64,000 nucleotides of DNA from Candidatus Marinacidobacterales bacterium (GTDB taxonomy: Bacteria; Acidobacteriota; Vicinamibacteria; Marinacidobacterales; SMYC01), in the NCBI GenBank assembly GCA_965224085.1, contig CBDCYI010000004.1:1632001-1696000 (forward strand), in the 5' to 3' direction. Numbering within the stretch: position 1 is the first letter of the stretch; every line of letters starts with the position of its first letter. Below the pieces are notes generated by a model. It saw only the letters and a program-made list of their open reading frames with translations, ran no database searches and had not been told where the DNA came from. The position numbers and the translations under genes are program-made. Shown in pieces: positions 20,194 to 30,100 of this stretch.

Positions 20194-21567
20194 ATGTTCA
20201 TCACAAAAAAACACCTTTCGCGGCGGACGGTGTTGCACGGTATGGGAGCAACGATTGCCCTGCCCTTTATGGAATCGATGGTGCCGGCTCTGACGCCGCT
20301 GCGGAACACCGCGGCGACTCCGCGAAGTCGGTTCACGGCGATCGAGATCGTCCACGGTTCCGCTGGCAGCACGGTGTACGGGAACAAGAAGAACCTTTGG
20401 TCTCCGCGAGAGGAAGGGTCCGACTTCGAGTTCACCAAGATCCTGAAGCCGCTTCAGCCATTCCGGGAATACACGACAATCATTAGCGACACCGATTGCG
20501 CCCAGGCGGACGCCATCAACGCCGAGGAAGTTGGGGCCGACCACTTTCGCTCCAGTGCCGTTTTTCTGACCGGCACGCATGCCAAACAGACAGAAGGTTC
20601 CGACGTGGAGAACGGGACGTCTATAGACCAGATCTACGCGCAGGAGGCCGGGCAGGACACACCGCTGCCGTCGATCCAGCTGAGCATCGAGAATCTCGAC
20701 TCTTCCGGCACCTGCGGCTATCACTATAGCTGCGTTTATATGGACACGATCTCTTGGTCTTCGCCAACGACACCGCTTCCCATGACGCGAGATCCGCGCC
20801 TCGCCTTCGAGGAGCTATTCGGCTCGGGCGGCTCGCCCGAGGACCGGGCGGCCCGGCGAAGGATCAACCGGAGCATTCTCGACGGCATTACCCAAGATGT
20901 TGCTCGGCTGCGCGCCGATTTAGACCCTGTAGATCGGCGACGGCTCAACGATTACTTGGACAACATCCGGGAAATCGAGCGGCGGATTCAAAACATCGAG
21001 GAGTACAACCAGTCGCGTGGTCTCGAAAGAGAGCAGCCAACTGCTCCGGTCGGGGTCCCCGACTCTTGGGAAGAGCACGTCAAGCTCATGTACGACCTCC
21101 AGGCGCTGGCATTCGCCGCGGAAGTGACGCGCGTATCCTCTTTCAAGCTCAGTCGCGACACGAGCAACCGCGTCTTTTCCGTGAGCGGCAGCGAGACGCC
21201 GTTCCACACCGCCTCCCACCATCAGCAGAAGCCTTCGCTCATCGAGGACAACGCGTTGATCAATCGCTACCACGTGGAGATGATGACGTACTTCCTGGAC
21301 AAGCTGAAGAACACGCCCGACGGCGACGGCAACTTGCTCGACCACACCCTCGTCCTCTACGGAAGCCCGATGGGTAACGGCAATATTCATGGTCACAAGC
21401 AAGTACCGATGCTCCTCTTGGGACACGCGGCCGGAACCCTCGAAGGGAACTTGCACTTGCGCTGCCCGGACGAGACCCCACAGGCCAATATCCTGCTGAC
21501 CTCTTTGCAGAAACTCGGGATGAACGTCGAAAGCATTGGTGACAGTACGGAGCCTCTTTCTATCTAA
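20194..21567 (+). CDS. DUF1552 (HxxSHH) protein, Tat-like signal
   Basis: LSRRTVLHG, HTASHH, GNLLDHTLVLYGS; AGGAGG RBS upstream. Confidence 0.88.
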   Translation: MFITKKHLSRRTVLHGMGATIALPFMESMVPALTPLRNTAATPRSRFTAIEIVHGSAGSTVYGNKKNLWSPREEGSDFEFTKILKPLQPFREYTTIISDTDCAQADAINAEEVGADHFRSSAVFLTGTHAKQTEGSDVENGTSIDQIYAQEAGQDTPLPSIQLSIENLDSSGTCGYHYSCVYMDTISWSSPTTPLPMTRDPRLAFEELFGSGGSPEDRAARRRINRSILDGITQDVARLRADLDPVDRRRLNDYLDNIREIERRIQNIEEYNQSRGLEREQPTAPVGVPDSWEEHVKLMYDLQALAFAAEVTRVSSFKLSRDTSNRVFSVSGSETPFHTASHHQQKPSLIEDNALINRYHVEMMTYFLDKLKNTPDGDGNLLDHTLVLYGSPMGNGNIHGHKQVPMLLLGHAAGTLEGNLHLRCPDETPQANILLTSLQKLGMNVESIGDSTEPLSI

Positions 21568-21573
21568 CTCACG

Positions 21574-23217
21574 ATGGGTGATGACATGTTCGCCAAACAC
21601 ATAGTTGCTGGCTCGTGCTTGCTCCTGGTGCTCGCGCCGATCGGCGTTTTCGGCGCCACCCCGGCCAAAGTGTCGCTCGCCGACGCGGCCATGCAGGGCG
21701 ATCGAGCGACTGTTCGAGCCTTGCTCGAGCAGCGGGTGGACGTCAATGTTGCCCAAGGCGATGGGAGCACGGCGCTCCACTGGGCTGCCTATCGAAACGA
21801 TCCTGAAATGGCGCGACTGCTCGTCGAGGCGGGGGCAGACATCCGAGCCACTACCCGATTGGGCGAGCTCACCCCTTTGTTCATGGCTGCCAAGAACGGC
21901 AATGCTGCTGTGGTGGAGGTCTTGCTGAGAGCAGGCGCTGATGCGCGATCGACGAACACGAATGGCACGACGCCTCTGATGCTCGCAGCGGCTTCCGGGG
22001 ACACGGATGCGGTGAGACTCCTGCTGGATCACGACGCCGAAGTGAACGCGAAAGACGAAACGAACGGGCAGACGGCGCTCATGTTCGCTTCGGCACTCGG
22101 GCGTGTTCCGGCGGTCCGGATGCTCGCACGACAGGGCGCCGATTTGGACGCCGTCACCAAAGTGACCGAGATCATCAAGCGAGAATACCGGTACATCGAG
22201 AAGCAAAAGGACCGGAACATACGCTACGAGGGCGCAAAGAATCCTCCCGTCATGGGCGGCATGACGGCGCTCCATTTTGCCGCGCGCGAGGGGCATCTGG
22301 CGGTCGTGCGTGAGCTAGTTCAGGGAGGAGCAAACGTAAATCAGGTGAGTGCGGCGGACAATATGAGCGCGCTCACGTCCGCCATCATCAATGGCAACTT
22401 CGACAATGCCAAGCTCCTCGTTGACCACGGAGCCGATCCGAACCTTAAGAGCAAGACCGGCCTGGCCCCGCTCTATGCGACCATCGATGGAAAATGGGCA
22501 GCCCGCACGTGGTATCCGCCGCCGAGTGTTACAGAGGAGAAAACCCACTATCTGGATCTGATGCAGGCCCTCGTGAACGCCGGCGCCAACGTAGACGCAC
22601 GGCTGGCAAGAAAACCATGGTACCGGACGTTCCACGGAGACTGGATCAAGCAAGAGGGCGCCACTGCTTTTTGGCGCGCCGCGAAATCGAATGACGTCGC
22701 CGCGATGAAGCTTCTGGTCGCCGCGGGCGCGAATCCCACCATACCGACGATCCACGGATCGACACCCCTTCAGGCTGCAGCGGGATTTGGCCTCGAGCCG
22801 CAGACCAGCAATGTCGTTCCGGATGCTCGGCTCGACGCCGTGAGATATCTGGTGGAAGAGGTCGGCGCCGACGTGAACCAAGCGGACAATCAGGGCTACA
22901 CGCCGCTCCATGGTGCGGCCTTGACCGAAGACCGCGACGTGATGCTCTACCTCATCGCGACGGGCGCCGATGTCAGAGCCCGGGCCGCGATGATCTTCGG
23001 CGGCATCGGCGAAACGGACCGGGACGTCGAAGGGGCAACGGGAGATTCGGTCGCAGACATGGCAAACGGTCCGAGACCACACAACCTTCAATACCCCGAG
23101 ACCGTTGAGTTACTTATCGATCTTGGTTCAGAAGACTCGGCTCACTGCCGAGCCGCCACGTGCGTGGTCAAGGACTTCCCAGAAGAAGCCGAGAAGAAAG
23201 CGGCGAAAAAGAACTAG
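21574..23217 (+). CDS. Secreted ankyrin-repeat protein
   Basis: Repeated GSTALHWAA, TPLFMAA, GTTPLMLAA, GQTALMFA, GMTALHFAA, GYTPLHGAA; alternative start 21586. Confidence 0.92.
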   Translation: MGDDMFAKHIVAGSCLLLVLAPIGVFGATPAKVSLADAAMQGDRATVRALLEQRVDVNVAQGDGSTALHWAAYRNDPEMARLLVEAGADIRATTRLGELTPLFMAAKNGNAAVVEVLLRAGADARSTNTNGTTPLMLAAASGDTDAVRLLLDHDAEVNAKDETNGQTALMFASALGRVPAVRMLARQGADLDAVTKVTEIIKREYRYIEKQKDRNIRYEGAKNPPVMGGMTALHFAAREGHLAVVRELVQGGANVNQVSAADNMSALTSAIINGNFDNAKLLVDHGADPNLKSKTGLAPLYATIDGKWAARTWYPPPSVTEEKTHYLDLMQALVNAGANVDARLARKPWYRTFHGDWIKQEGATAFWRAAKSNDVAAMKLLVAAGANPTIPTIHGSTPLQAAAGFGLEPQTSNVVPDARLDAVRYLVEEVGADVNQADNQGYTPLHGAALTEDRDVMLYLIATGADVRARAAMIFGGIGETDRDVEGATGDSVADMANGPRPHNLQYPETVELLIDLGSEDSAHCRAATCVVKDFPEEAEKKAAKKN

Positions 23218-23294
23218 TAGGTCATCACTCCTGCTGGTGAACTACCGAAGTGGCTCTGCTATCCACGAAGGCACGCTCCGAGACAAGCCTACCA

Positions 23295-24100
23295 GGTATT
23301 GTCAAGTTGACGTTGAGCGAGCGAACCTATTGCGTCGAGCTGATTTCCTTTGCTCTCATCGGACGGCACAGGTTACCTCCTGCCAGACGATGAAAGCGCG
23401 GTCTCGTAGCTCCCGATGATGATGCGCTTGCAACAAATGCCGTCCGACGCGAAAGAGGTTTTGCACGAGTCCATGCACGGTCAAGAATCGTTGCGCCTGC
23501 CCAGGAGTTTTAAACTTCCGCATCTGTCGTTCCCGTTGTCGCGTCGGTTCGTGCGAGACTTCGGCTAGGTTGTTTCTGTACTGGTCAGTGTCGTGGACGA
23601 CGGACGGCATGACCTCGCGGTGAGCGGCGCTGTAGCTTCTCAGTTTGTCGGTGACCAGCTGCCAGGGCGGACGGCCTTGCCCTTTCAACAGCTTGCGGAA
23701 GAATCGTTTGGCGGCTTTCTGATCACGGCGAGGCTGGACGAGGATATCAATCACATCACCATCTTGGTCTACCGCGCGCCAGAGGTATTGGCGTTCGCCT
23801 TGTATCTTTATGAAGACCTCGTCCAGGTGCCACGTGTCACCAAGGCGACCCTGCCGACGCTTCAGTCGCCGAGCGTATTCCGGCCCGAACTTGATGCACC
23901 AAAGTCGGATCGCTTCGTAGGAAACCGTGATGCCTCGCTGAGCAAGCAGCTCTTCGACGTTTCGAAAGCTCACGCAGAATCGGTGGTAGAGCCAGACGGC
24001 GTGGCTGATGATTTCCGGTGGAAATCGATAGCCGTGGTAGCTTGGCGCATCGGTCTTCATTGGACCATTCTGTCAGTCACCAGCTCAATTTGACAGCAAT
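23295..24100 (-). mobile_element. IS6 family insertion sequence, copy 1 (about 806 bp)
   Basis: Begins GGTATTGTCAAGTTGA; other end TCAATTTGACAG with the last 4 nt of the IR altered; near-identical to 62568-63373. Confidence 0.9.
23356..24060 (-). CDS. IS6 family DDE transposase
   Basis: RFPPEII, WHLDEVF, YLWRAVDQDG, VTDKLRSY, NNLAEVSH. Confidence 0.95.
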   Translation of the reverse strand: MKTDAPSYHGYRFPPEIISHAVWLYHRFCVSFRNVEELLAQRGITVSYEAIRLWCIKFGPEYARRLKRRQGRLGDTWHLDEVFIKIQGERQYLWRAVDQDGDVIDILVQPRRDQKAAKRFFRKLLKGQGRPPWQLVTDKLRSYSAAHREVMPSVVHDTDQYRNNLAEVSHEPTRQRERQMRKFKTPGQAQRFLTVHGLVQNLFRVGRHLLQAHHHRELRDRAFIVWQEVTCAVR

Positions 24101-24137
24101 GGCACCGCCCGCGTGGGCGGAGGTCATCGGAGAGTGA

Positions 24138-24461
24138 CCGAAATCGTTCGTTCACTCGAAAGTACCCTTGAAACACAAGGCGGATCCTGCCTATTGGATT
24201 TTCATGGCGGTGATCTTCACTTTCGCGATCTTTGCGAACCACATTTTCCCGAACCCCGTTCTCATGGTGCAGCTCATTGGGCTCGTGAGCCTCGCGGTCG
24301 CCCCGCTTCTGTATGGGCTCAATTATTATTGTGTAACACGTCTCATCGAAGATCCGTCGATGAGACCGTCACACGGCTTGCGGATCTGGGGCCTCGCTGG
24401 ATTCTCCTTCATGACGGCCGCCGTAGTGTTCGCACTCGACGTGCGATGGGGACTTCTATGA
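24138..24461 (+). pseudogene. C-terminal fragment of a membrane transporter (Nramp-like) next to IS6
   Basis: Three TM segments (YWIFMAVIF...APLLYGLNYYCV...RPSHGLRIWGLAG); stop overlaps the tsaA ATG (ATGA); no N-terminus. Confidence 0.5.
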
Positions 24462-24949
24462 CCAAAAAGACTTGGACGCTCGAGCCGATCGGCTACGCGC
24501 GTACGCCGTTTAAAGAAACGTCTCAAATCTCGAAAGGGATCGGCGCCAAACATACGCGCGAGGGAACGCTCGAGCTCCTGCCTGAGATGGCAGAGGGACT
24601 CCTCGATATCGAAGAGTTTTCTCACCTCTTCGTCATTTGGGTCTTCGATCGATCCGACCACTACGATCTCATCAGTTACCCGCCGACGGACGATCGACCT
24701 CACGGTGTTTTCGCCACTCGCTCGCCGCGCCGGCCCAACCCGGTCGGCTTGACCGTCGTGCGTTTGATCGCGCGCGAGGGAAACGAGCTTCGCGTGCGCG
24801 GCGTCGACATGCTCGATGGAAGTCCCATTCTCGACATCAAACCCTATCTCTCGAGCGTGCCCGCGGAAGAGCTCGAGCGTGGCTGGATCGCGGAAGTGGA
24901 ATCGCGTTCGGGACGAGGTGAAGATCGAAAATGGTCGGATAAAACCTAA
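24458..24949 (+). CDS. tsaA: tRNA (N6-threonylcarbamoyladenosine(37)-N6)-methyltransferase TrmO/TsaA-like, short form
   Basis: LEPIGYARTPF, GVFATRSPRRPNPVGLTVV, GVDMLDGSPILDIKPY. Confidence 0.9.
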   Translation: MTKKTWTLEPIGYARTPFKETSQISKGIGAKHTREGTLELLPEMAEGLLDIEEFSHLFVIWVFDRSDHYDLISYPPTDDRPHGVFATRSPRRPNPVGLTVVRLIAREGNELRVRGVDMLDGSPILDIKPYLSSVPAEELERGWIAEVESRSGRGEDRKWSDKT

Positions 24950-25325
24950 GATGCTGGGTGCGTACTGTCACTCTTCCCGGTAGGCCTTTAGGAATCGATT
25001 CGTGTGAGATACACTGTACTTTGGCGGGTGTGGATGTGGTCCGCCTGACCGTTGCCTTCGAAAAGCACACCTTCTCCGCTACGATCTCGAAGGATTTGCC
25101 CCAACGCGTCTGCGCAGTTCCACACCACACCTTCCTTCGAAACTTGGTTATGATCATAAATTGGTATTTGCATTCCCATCGCACATGCGACAGGCTTTCC
25201 TATTCACGCATTTAGGCACTCTTTTCGGAGGCCCCACAGGGTCTTCCCGTATGGGGGAGCTAGCACTCCACGCCGCATCGCTCGAAGCTCTTTGGGCCAC
25301 TACGGGTTCATCGGCGGACTAAACG
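24950..25325 (-). mobile_element. Degenerate IS200/IS605 tnpA remnant
   Basis: From ATG 25211: MRE*ESLSHVRWECKYQFMIITKFRRK, then frameshifted DHIH (HuH) and PPKYSVSHT; ends approximate. Confidence 0.75.
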
Positions 25326-25359
25326 GGTTGTCGAGCTTGGAACGAGACGCGAGAACAAT

Positions 25360-27102
25360 GTGACCAGCGAAACCGCGAGAACCGGGGTGCCGTCAACGAA
25401 CCGGCTACGCATGCCGATCCAAGAGCACCGCGCTCATGGGCTCGTTTCGGACGTCTCCCGCCTGAGCCATAGCTCGCCAGGGCCCAAAGCGCCCTTGGGC
25501 TGGTGGATGGGTCCCGCCTCCCAAGTGGATCGCCGAGCGGACGCTGTCAAGGAGGCCGTGCAGGACACTCAACGACCCGTGATCCTCATCTCGGATCGGG
25601 GCGCGTGCGCCCGTGTGACCGGCGGTACCGCCACTCTGGGAACGGATGTCCCCGGGCGCGACGCGCTTCCTATCGTGGGCTACTCGCCGGCCACCCCTCC
25701 TGAGCACCTCGGTGACTCGGGATTTCTTGCAGACCATGGCCTGCGCTATCCCTACATCGCCGGCGCCATGGCCAATGGGATCGGCTCGGCCGAGATCGTG
25801 GAGGCCATGGGCCGAGCTGGGATGATCGCCTTCTTCGGCGCCGCGGGCCTGCCTCTCGAGGCGGCGGAAGCCGCCATCGACCGCTTGTCGCATTCCATGG
25901 AGGGACGACCCTACGGCTTCAACCTCATCCATAGCCCCAACGAACCCGATCTCGAATCTGCCGTGGCCGAACTCTTTATACGGCGCGGCGTGCACCTCGC
26001 CTCGGCCTCGGCTTATCTGGATCTCACGCTCCCCGTGGTTCGCTATCGCGTCCACGGGATTCACGAAGATTTTCAAGGGCGCATCGTGACGCCGAACCGG
26101 CTCATCGCCAAGGTGTCTCGGATAGAGGTCGCCACAAAGTTTTTCTCCCCACCCCCAAAACGCTTCTTGAAGTCTCTCGTCGACTCCGGGAACATCACGG
26201 AGGAGCAGGCTCGCCTAGCCGCTCGCATTCCCATGGCCCAGGACATCACCGCCGAGGCGGATTCCGGCGGTCACACCGACAACCAGCCGGCCCTGACCCT
26301 CTTGCCTACACTGATAGCGTTGCGGGATGAGCTGCAGGAACAGCATGGTTACAGCGAGTCCCTCAGGGTCGGTGCCGCCGGAGGCATCTCAACGCCTATT
26401 TCAGCCGCCGCGGCCCTTTCGATGGGGGCCGCCTACATCCTCACCGGCTCGGTCAACCAGTCCTGCGTCGAGGCGGGCACGTCGGACACCGTGCGCAGGA
26501 TGCTTGCCGCCGCCGAGCAGGCCGACGTTACCATGGCGCCTGCGGCCGACATGTTCGAGATGGGTGTGAGGGTACAGGTGCTGAAGCGCGGCACGATGTT
26601 CGCCATGCGAGCCCAGAAACTCTACGACCTCTACCGAGCTTGTGAAAGCTTGGAGACGATTCCTAAAACCGAGATGGCCGCGTTGGAAAAGAGTTACTTC
26701 CAGGCCCCCGTGGAAGCGGTGTGGAGCCAGTGCCGTGACTTTTTCGCCGATCGGGATCCGGCCCAGCTGGAGCGAGCGGCGAAGGATCCGAAGCACAAGA
26801 TGGCCCTCGTCTTCCGCTGGTATCTCGGCCAATCGTCGCAATGGGCCAATGCCGGTGATACTTCCCGGGCCATCGACTACCAGATATGGTGCGGGCCCGC
26901 CATGGGGGCATTCAATGAATGGGCGAAGGGATCTTTTCTGGACGAACCGGAGAACCGTAGCGTGGTCACCGTTGCCTTGAACATCTTGCAAGGCGCCGCT
27001 TTGCTGACCCGCGTCAATGCCCTTCGCAGTCAGGGCGTCCAACCACCACGCTCGTGGAGCGAATACCGGCCGCGGCCGATGGAGGAGCTCTGTGTCCAGT
27101 AA
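25360..27102 (+). CDS. pfaD: PfaD-family enoyl reductase (PUFA synthase)
   Basis: YIAGAMANGIGS, NLIHSPNEP, AEADSGGHTDN, APAADMFEMGV, DYQIWCGPAMGAFN; start uncertain. Confidence 0.95.
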   Translation: MTSETARTGVPSTNRLRMPIQEHRAHGLVSDVSRLSHSSPGPKAPLGWWMGPASQVDRRADAVKEAVQDTQRPVILISDRGACARVTGGTATLGTDVPGRDALPIVGYSPATPPEHLGDSGFLADHGLRYPYIAGAMANGIGSAEIVEAMGRAGMIAFFGAAGLPLEAAEAAIDRLSHSMEGRPYGFNLIHSPNEPDLESAVAELFIRRGVHLASASAYLDLTLPVVRYRVHGIHEDFQGRIVTPNRLIAKVSRIEVATKFFSPPPKRFLKSLVDSGNITEEQARLAARIPMAQDITAEADSGGHTDNQPALTLLPTLIALRDELQEQHGYSESLRVGAAGGISTPISAAAALSMGAAYILTGSVNQSCVEAGTSDTVRRMLAAAEQADVTMAPAADMFEMGVRVQVLKRGTMFAMRAQKLYDLYRACESLETIPKTEMAALEKSYFQAPVEAVWSQCRDFFADRDPAQLERAAKDPKHKMALVFRWYLGQSSQWANAGDTSRAIDYQIWCGPAMGAFNEWAKGSFLDEPENRSVVTVALNILQGAALLTRVNALRSQGVQPPRSWSEYRPRPMEELCVQ

Positions 27103-30100
27103 CGGTCGGATGAAACAAGAGCCTCTGGCCATCGTGGGCATGGCTTGTCTTTTCCCCCGGGCCGATAATGTGGAGGCTTACTGGGCCAATCTAAAGAACG
27201 GTGTGGACGCCATTACCGACATTCCTTCCACACACTGGAACGTGAAGGACTTCTTCGATGAGGATCCGAAGGCGACGGATCGCACCTACGCCCGTCGCGG
27301 CGGATTCTTGTCACCGGTGGCCTTCGATCCCCTTGCTTTCGGCATCGCGCCCAACGATTTGGAGGCCACGGACACGACCCAACTCTTGGGACTCATGGTG
27401 GCGCAGAAGGCCCTGGAAGATGCGGGCTACGGCGAGAAGGGAAGCTTCGATCGGGATCGGGCCAGCGTTATCCTCGGCGTCACGGGCACGCTGGAGCTGG
27501 CGATTCCCTTGGGGGCCCGCTTGGGACACCCCTTGTGGCGACGGGCACTCAAACAAGCCGGTGTCGTCGACGACGTTGCCGACACGGTGGTCCAGAAAAT
27601 TTCCGATGGCTATGTGGATTGGCAAGAAAAATCCTTCCCAGGACTCTTGGGCAATGTCGTGGCCGGGCGCATCGCCAACCGACTCGATCTCCACGGCACA
27701 AACTGCGTCGTAGACGCGGCCTGCGCCAGCTCATTGGGCGCCCTTCACCTTGCGGGCCTGGAGCTCGCCGCCGGACGCTCCGATATGGTGCTCGCCGGAG
27801 GCATGGATACCTTTAACGACATCTTCATGTACATGTGCTTCAGCAAGACGCCGGCACTCTCGCCCACCGGCGATTGCCGACCGTTCGACAAGTCAGCCGA
27901 CGGCACGATTATCGGTGACGGTCTCGGCGTTCTGGTTCTCAAGCGGCTGGCCGATGCTCGCAAAGACAAAGACATCATCCACGCGGTCATCCGATCCGTG
28001 GGCTCGTCCAGCGACGGCACCGGCACCGCGGTTTACACGCCGCTCGCCCGCGGGCAGGCCAAGGCGCTGAGAGAGGCCTACGCCGCGGCGGAGATCTCGG
28101 CGCTGAGCATCGAGCTCGTCGAAGCCCACGCCACGGGCACGAAAGTGGGCGACGCCACCGAAGTCACATCTCTTTGCGCAGTTTTCCGAGAAGCCGATGA
28201 CGACGGGAAATGGTGCGCCTTGGGCAGCGTCAAATCACAGCTGGGACACACGAAGGCTGCCGCAGGCGTCGCCGGCGTGATGAAAGTGGCTCTGGCACTG
28301 AAACATAAGGTTCTCCCTCCGACTTTGAAAGTCACCGAGCCGTTGGATGTGCTGAGCAACGGGAGCTCACCCTTTTACGTCAACACGACGAAGCGGCCCT
28401 GGCTTAGTTCGGCGGATCATCCGAGGCGGGCCGCGGTGAGCGCCTTCGGGTTTGGTGGCAGCAACTTCCATTGCGTCGTCGAAGAGGCCGAAGCGGCAAA
28501 GGCAGCCCCGGACTTCGATGGTGAGACCGTTCTTCTAGCTTTTTCGGCCGACACGCGAGAGGCGTTGTTGAGCGCCGCCAAAGCGTTCCCTTCCGATCGG
28601 CGGGGCAACGAACTACGAAAGCTGGCCGCACGGGCCCGAAGCGCGTTTCGCCATGAGGCCGCCGAGCGGCTGACCCTGGCTACGGAGCCTACCCTTCTCG
28701 GAAAGTGTCTCGAAGGCGCCACGGCACTCTTAAAGCGTGCGACCGACAAGAGCTCGTGGACGACACCAGACGGCGCCTTCTACGGCACTGGAGCGCCGGA
28801 TGGATCTTTGGCCTTTCTGTTCCCCGGCCAAGGCTCGCAGTACGTGGGCATGCTCAGAGATTTAGCCTGTCAGTTCCCCGAGCTTCTGGACAGTCTGAAC
28901 CAGGCCGGCAAGCCACTCAGCGATATCATCTATCCCCATCCCGCGTTCGACGAGGAAACAAAAAGGGATCAAGAACGAGCCCTGCGCGCGACCGACGCGG
29001 CCCAGCCGGCCATCGGCGCGGTGTCGGTGGGGACCCTTGGCGCGCTCCAAAGGTTTGGTCTCGAGCCCGCCGCCGTGGCGGGTCACAGCTACGGCGAACT
29101 GGTGGCCCTGCATGCAGCCGAGGTGCTCGACGCCCGAACGCTGGCCGACCTTTCCACGCTCCGCGGCAAACTCATGGGCGAGGGCAAGGGCGATCGTGGA
29201 GCGATGTTGGCGGTGGAATCCGATGAGAGCACCATCGAAACCATCCTCGCCGAGGATGATCTCGCCTTGGTGGTGGCCAACAAAAATGCTCCGGCCCAGT
29301 TCGTTCTATCTGGCCCCACCGACGAGGTCCAAAAAGCGACCGAGGCCCTCGAGAGGCGTGGGATCCGATGCAAGCGTCTTCCGGTCTCCGCCGCCTTTCA
29401 CAGCGCTCTCGTTGCCGAAGCTTCGGAGCCTCTGGCCACCGAGCTCCGCCGGCTGGACATCAGAACACCTCGGCGGAAAGTTTATGCCAACACCACCGGC
29501 GAGACCTATCCCGATGAGCCCGAAGCCATCGCTGCACTCTTGGCCGGTCAACTCGCCCGACCGGTGGAGTTCGCCGCCGAAATCCGCGCCATGCACCGAG
29601 ACGGTGCTCGCTTTTTTCTCGAGGTCGGCCCCGGAAGCCGGCTCACCGGTTTGGTCCAGTCGATTCTCGAGAACGAAGAACATGTAGCCCAAGCGCTGGA
29701 CGCTTCGTCGGGCAAGCGCTCCGGTGCCTTAGACCTCGCCCGGGTCCTAGCCCGTGCCTCCGCCTACGGTTTCCACGTCGATTGGAGTCAGTGGGACCCC
29801 GAGGCGTCATTATTACTAACGAGCTCGGACGACGCTGAGCCAGCTCTCACAGTGACCATCAGCGGCGCTAACTATGTCAAACCCAAAAAGAAGGAGGAGG
29901 CTCCGATCCCTTCGTCCTGTGCGAAAGCGACGGCGAAAACGCCAGCGAACATGAGTCGTCAACCACCCGAACCCGTCAAACCCCGAAAACCCGTTGAAAA
30001 CAACGAACCTCTGATGGCCGCATCTTCTTCGGGCAACGTCATACTCCATGACGCGCTACGGATGACACAAGAGAACATGGCCGCGCTTCAGAAGATGCAG

